Below, in pieces: positions 34,756-36,602 of a DNA stretch of 36,602 nt. Each line of letters starts with the position of its first letter. Within the stretch, counting starts at the first letter, position 1. The position numbers were made by a program, and so were the translations under genes. The stretch lies in the NCBI GenBank assembly GCA_009602735.1, contig WELA01001939.1, positions 1 through 36,602 of the forward strand, given 5' to 3'. The notes below the pieces were generated by a model. It saw only the letters and a list, made by a program, of their open reading frames with translations, was not told where the DNA came from and searched no databases. The DNA is from Mesotaenium endlicherianum (lineage: Eukaryota).

Positions 34756-35973
34756 GTGAGTCTCTCCTCGTCCGCCACCTGTACCCGTACATGAACCTGT
34801 TCCCGTTCATGTTTGCGTTCATGCTCATTTGTGCCTGTAGTTTGTGGGGGCAGGACGCAAACGTACGTCTTCGGCTCGCCGCCCGTGCTTACTGTATGCT
34901 TACTGCTGGGCATAGCACACAGGATGGTGTCAGATGCAGCTTGCATCTCACATACAGCTCGCATACTGTGCAGGGTTTCAAATTTGAAAGATTGTTATCG
35001 TGTTTGACGGTTGCTGCATTTTGCATGAGAAGTGATGCGAGGGGGGGAGGTGTGAGTGGGGACCAGCGCAACCTGTTGGGTGCGGCTGGCCTCCTTTTCT
35101 ATTTTATTTTCATATCAATTCAACTTTTGATTGGGCAAGAACGTGCTGCTATCGAACGTTGTAGTGTTAGATTTAATATGTGGACTCACAGCCACGTCTC
35201 CGTGATATGACAACGCGCGTCCACCTGTAGCGACGAGCGTGTCATAAGACAGGGAGTGGCACGAGCAGTAGCACCCTGCTGCAAATGGCGCAAACATCTT
35301 CCTTCTACGACGCAAACACCTTCCTTGTATGACGATTTCTTTCGCGTGTGACGGTGTTGTTTCTGTGGGGCCGTCCGACCATCCAGCTGCAGTCACTCTC
35401 TCTCTGTCTCTCTTTCAATAACGAAATGCCGCCTGTGTTTAAGTGGACGGAGCTCCTGATATGTCCTTACAAGGAGAGCAAAGGCAGAGGAGAGGGAGGG
35501 GTGCCAGGTGGCACGCCATGATGCCTGGTGGTGGCTTGAGAGGTGCCAGGTGACACGCAGGCGATGTAGAGTTGGCTTGTAGAGTTGGCGTGCTGCTCCC
35601 CATCAGGAGCCCGCATGTACTGCCGCCCGCATGCACTGCCGCCTGAAGGCGTTTCGCATATTCTTTTGTCGTCCTCTTCCCAAAACCAGAACATGCGGAG
35701 TACTTTCCTCCGTGATCGATGCCTCCCTGTCGTCCCTTCACTGCGCCAGCTGTCGCGTCACGCACGCGTTTCGGGTACTTTCTGAAAAAGCGGACTCAGC
35801 AGCTAGGCGTATCGTATCCTTTGGCCTCGTCACGTTTTGACACCAGCTGGCACGCTCGTTCGACGCGCCAGCTGGCGTGCTGACTCCTGCACCCCTACTC
35901 ACACTGCCCATCGGTATTGAGGCCCCGCCACAAACAGTTGACGGTTCTTGTGCACCCCTCGTGCCTACCTCCG

Positions 35974-36037
35974 TCGGTCAACCCGGTCAACCCCGGTCAA
36001 CTCTAGTCAACCCTCTGCCAACTCCCGCCAACCCTGC
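35974..36037 (+). repeat. ~10-bp array (CCGGTCAACC / GCCAAC)
   Basis: ggtcaacccggtcaaccccggtcaactctagtcaaccc…gccaactcccgccaaccc. Confidence 0.75.
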
Positions 36038-36602
36038 CGATCACTTCTCTTTCACCTCTATCAGTGCAGCTATCAGGATGCCTCAGGGCCAGAGTTAGAG
36101 TCAGAGGGGGGGGCAGGTCGCCCCATGCCCTCTTCCAGATAGCGGCGGCCCAGACCTCATCTGGCCAGCCAACTTAGGTGCTTGGAAGCCATGGCCGTGG
36201 GATGGCTCGGTCTATCCTTCCCCCTGGGGGACTGCAGTGGACAATTTGACGCTGGGGTAGTGTGACCTGCGCGTCACGGCTGGGGAATGGGCTCGGCCCT
36301 CTTCTCCTCGCTGGGGGAACGTGTGGGAAACAGCCTGATGGCTAGACTCGATGTCTCACGATTCCATCACGATTGCATCAGCGGCAGCTACGTACGCTCG
36401 TGTCCCCAACTGAACGAGGCGGTAGGGGGGGAAGATTTGACAGCGGGCGCCCCCCCTCCCCCTGGCACTTGTGCTGACCGGGGGGAGCTTTTCCGTCGTC
36501 TCTTTTTGCCCGAGGCCTCTTTCCGGGCGGGTGGCGCGTTCGGCGGGTGGCGTGGCTGATGGTTGCACGTGGGGGCAATCCGACCACGGCGGGCGGGCGG
36601 GC

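Overview
Eukaryotic genomic DNA, GC-rich and intron-rich, with CA/GT microsatellites and three N-gaps. The plant-type gene content suggests a streptophyte alga or other green-lineage genome (inference). From left to right: (1) decayed minus-strand exons of a plant-type TBC-domain Rab-GAP, plus an unidentified pseudo-exon; (2) an apparently intact 4-exon, 1216-aa DDE transposase of the CMC (CACTA/EnSpm-like) supergroup on the minus strand, with an N-terminal Zn-finger, two putative BAH-like regions and a Cys/His-rich tail, and no convincing TIRs or TSDs; (3) a ~1.6 kaa low-complexity, Ser-Pro-rich protein with an SV40-type NLS on the plus strand; (4) a 926-bp duplication across a single N, probably an assembly artefact; (5) an 8-exon, ~1417-aa RPAP2/Rtr1 (plant RIMA-type) gene on the minus strand, with an expanded linker carrying a PP1-docking-like motif; (6) exon 1 of a plastid CRTISO-like FAD oxidoreductase, head-to-head with RPAP2. 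Several unrelated tandem arrays with a 10-11 bp period cluster upstream of the transposase and in the RPAP2/CRTISO-like intergenic region. All gene models were built by hand from GT-AG sites and phase consistency. No database searches were run.
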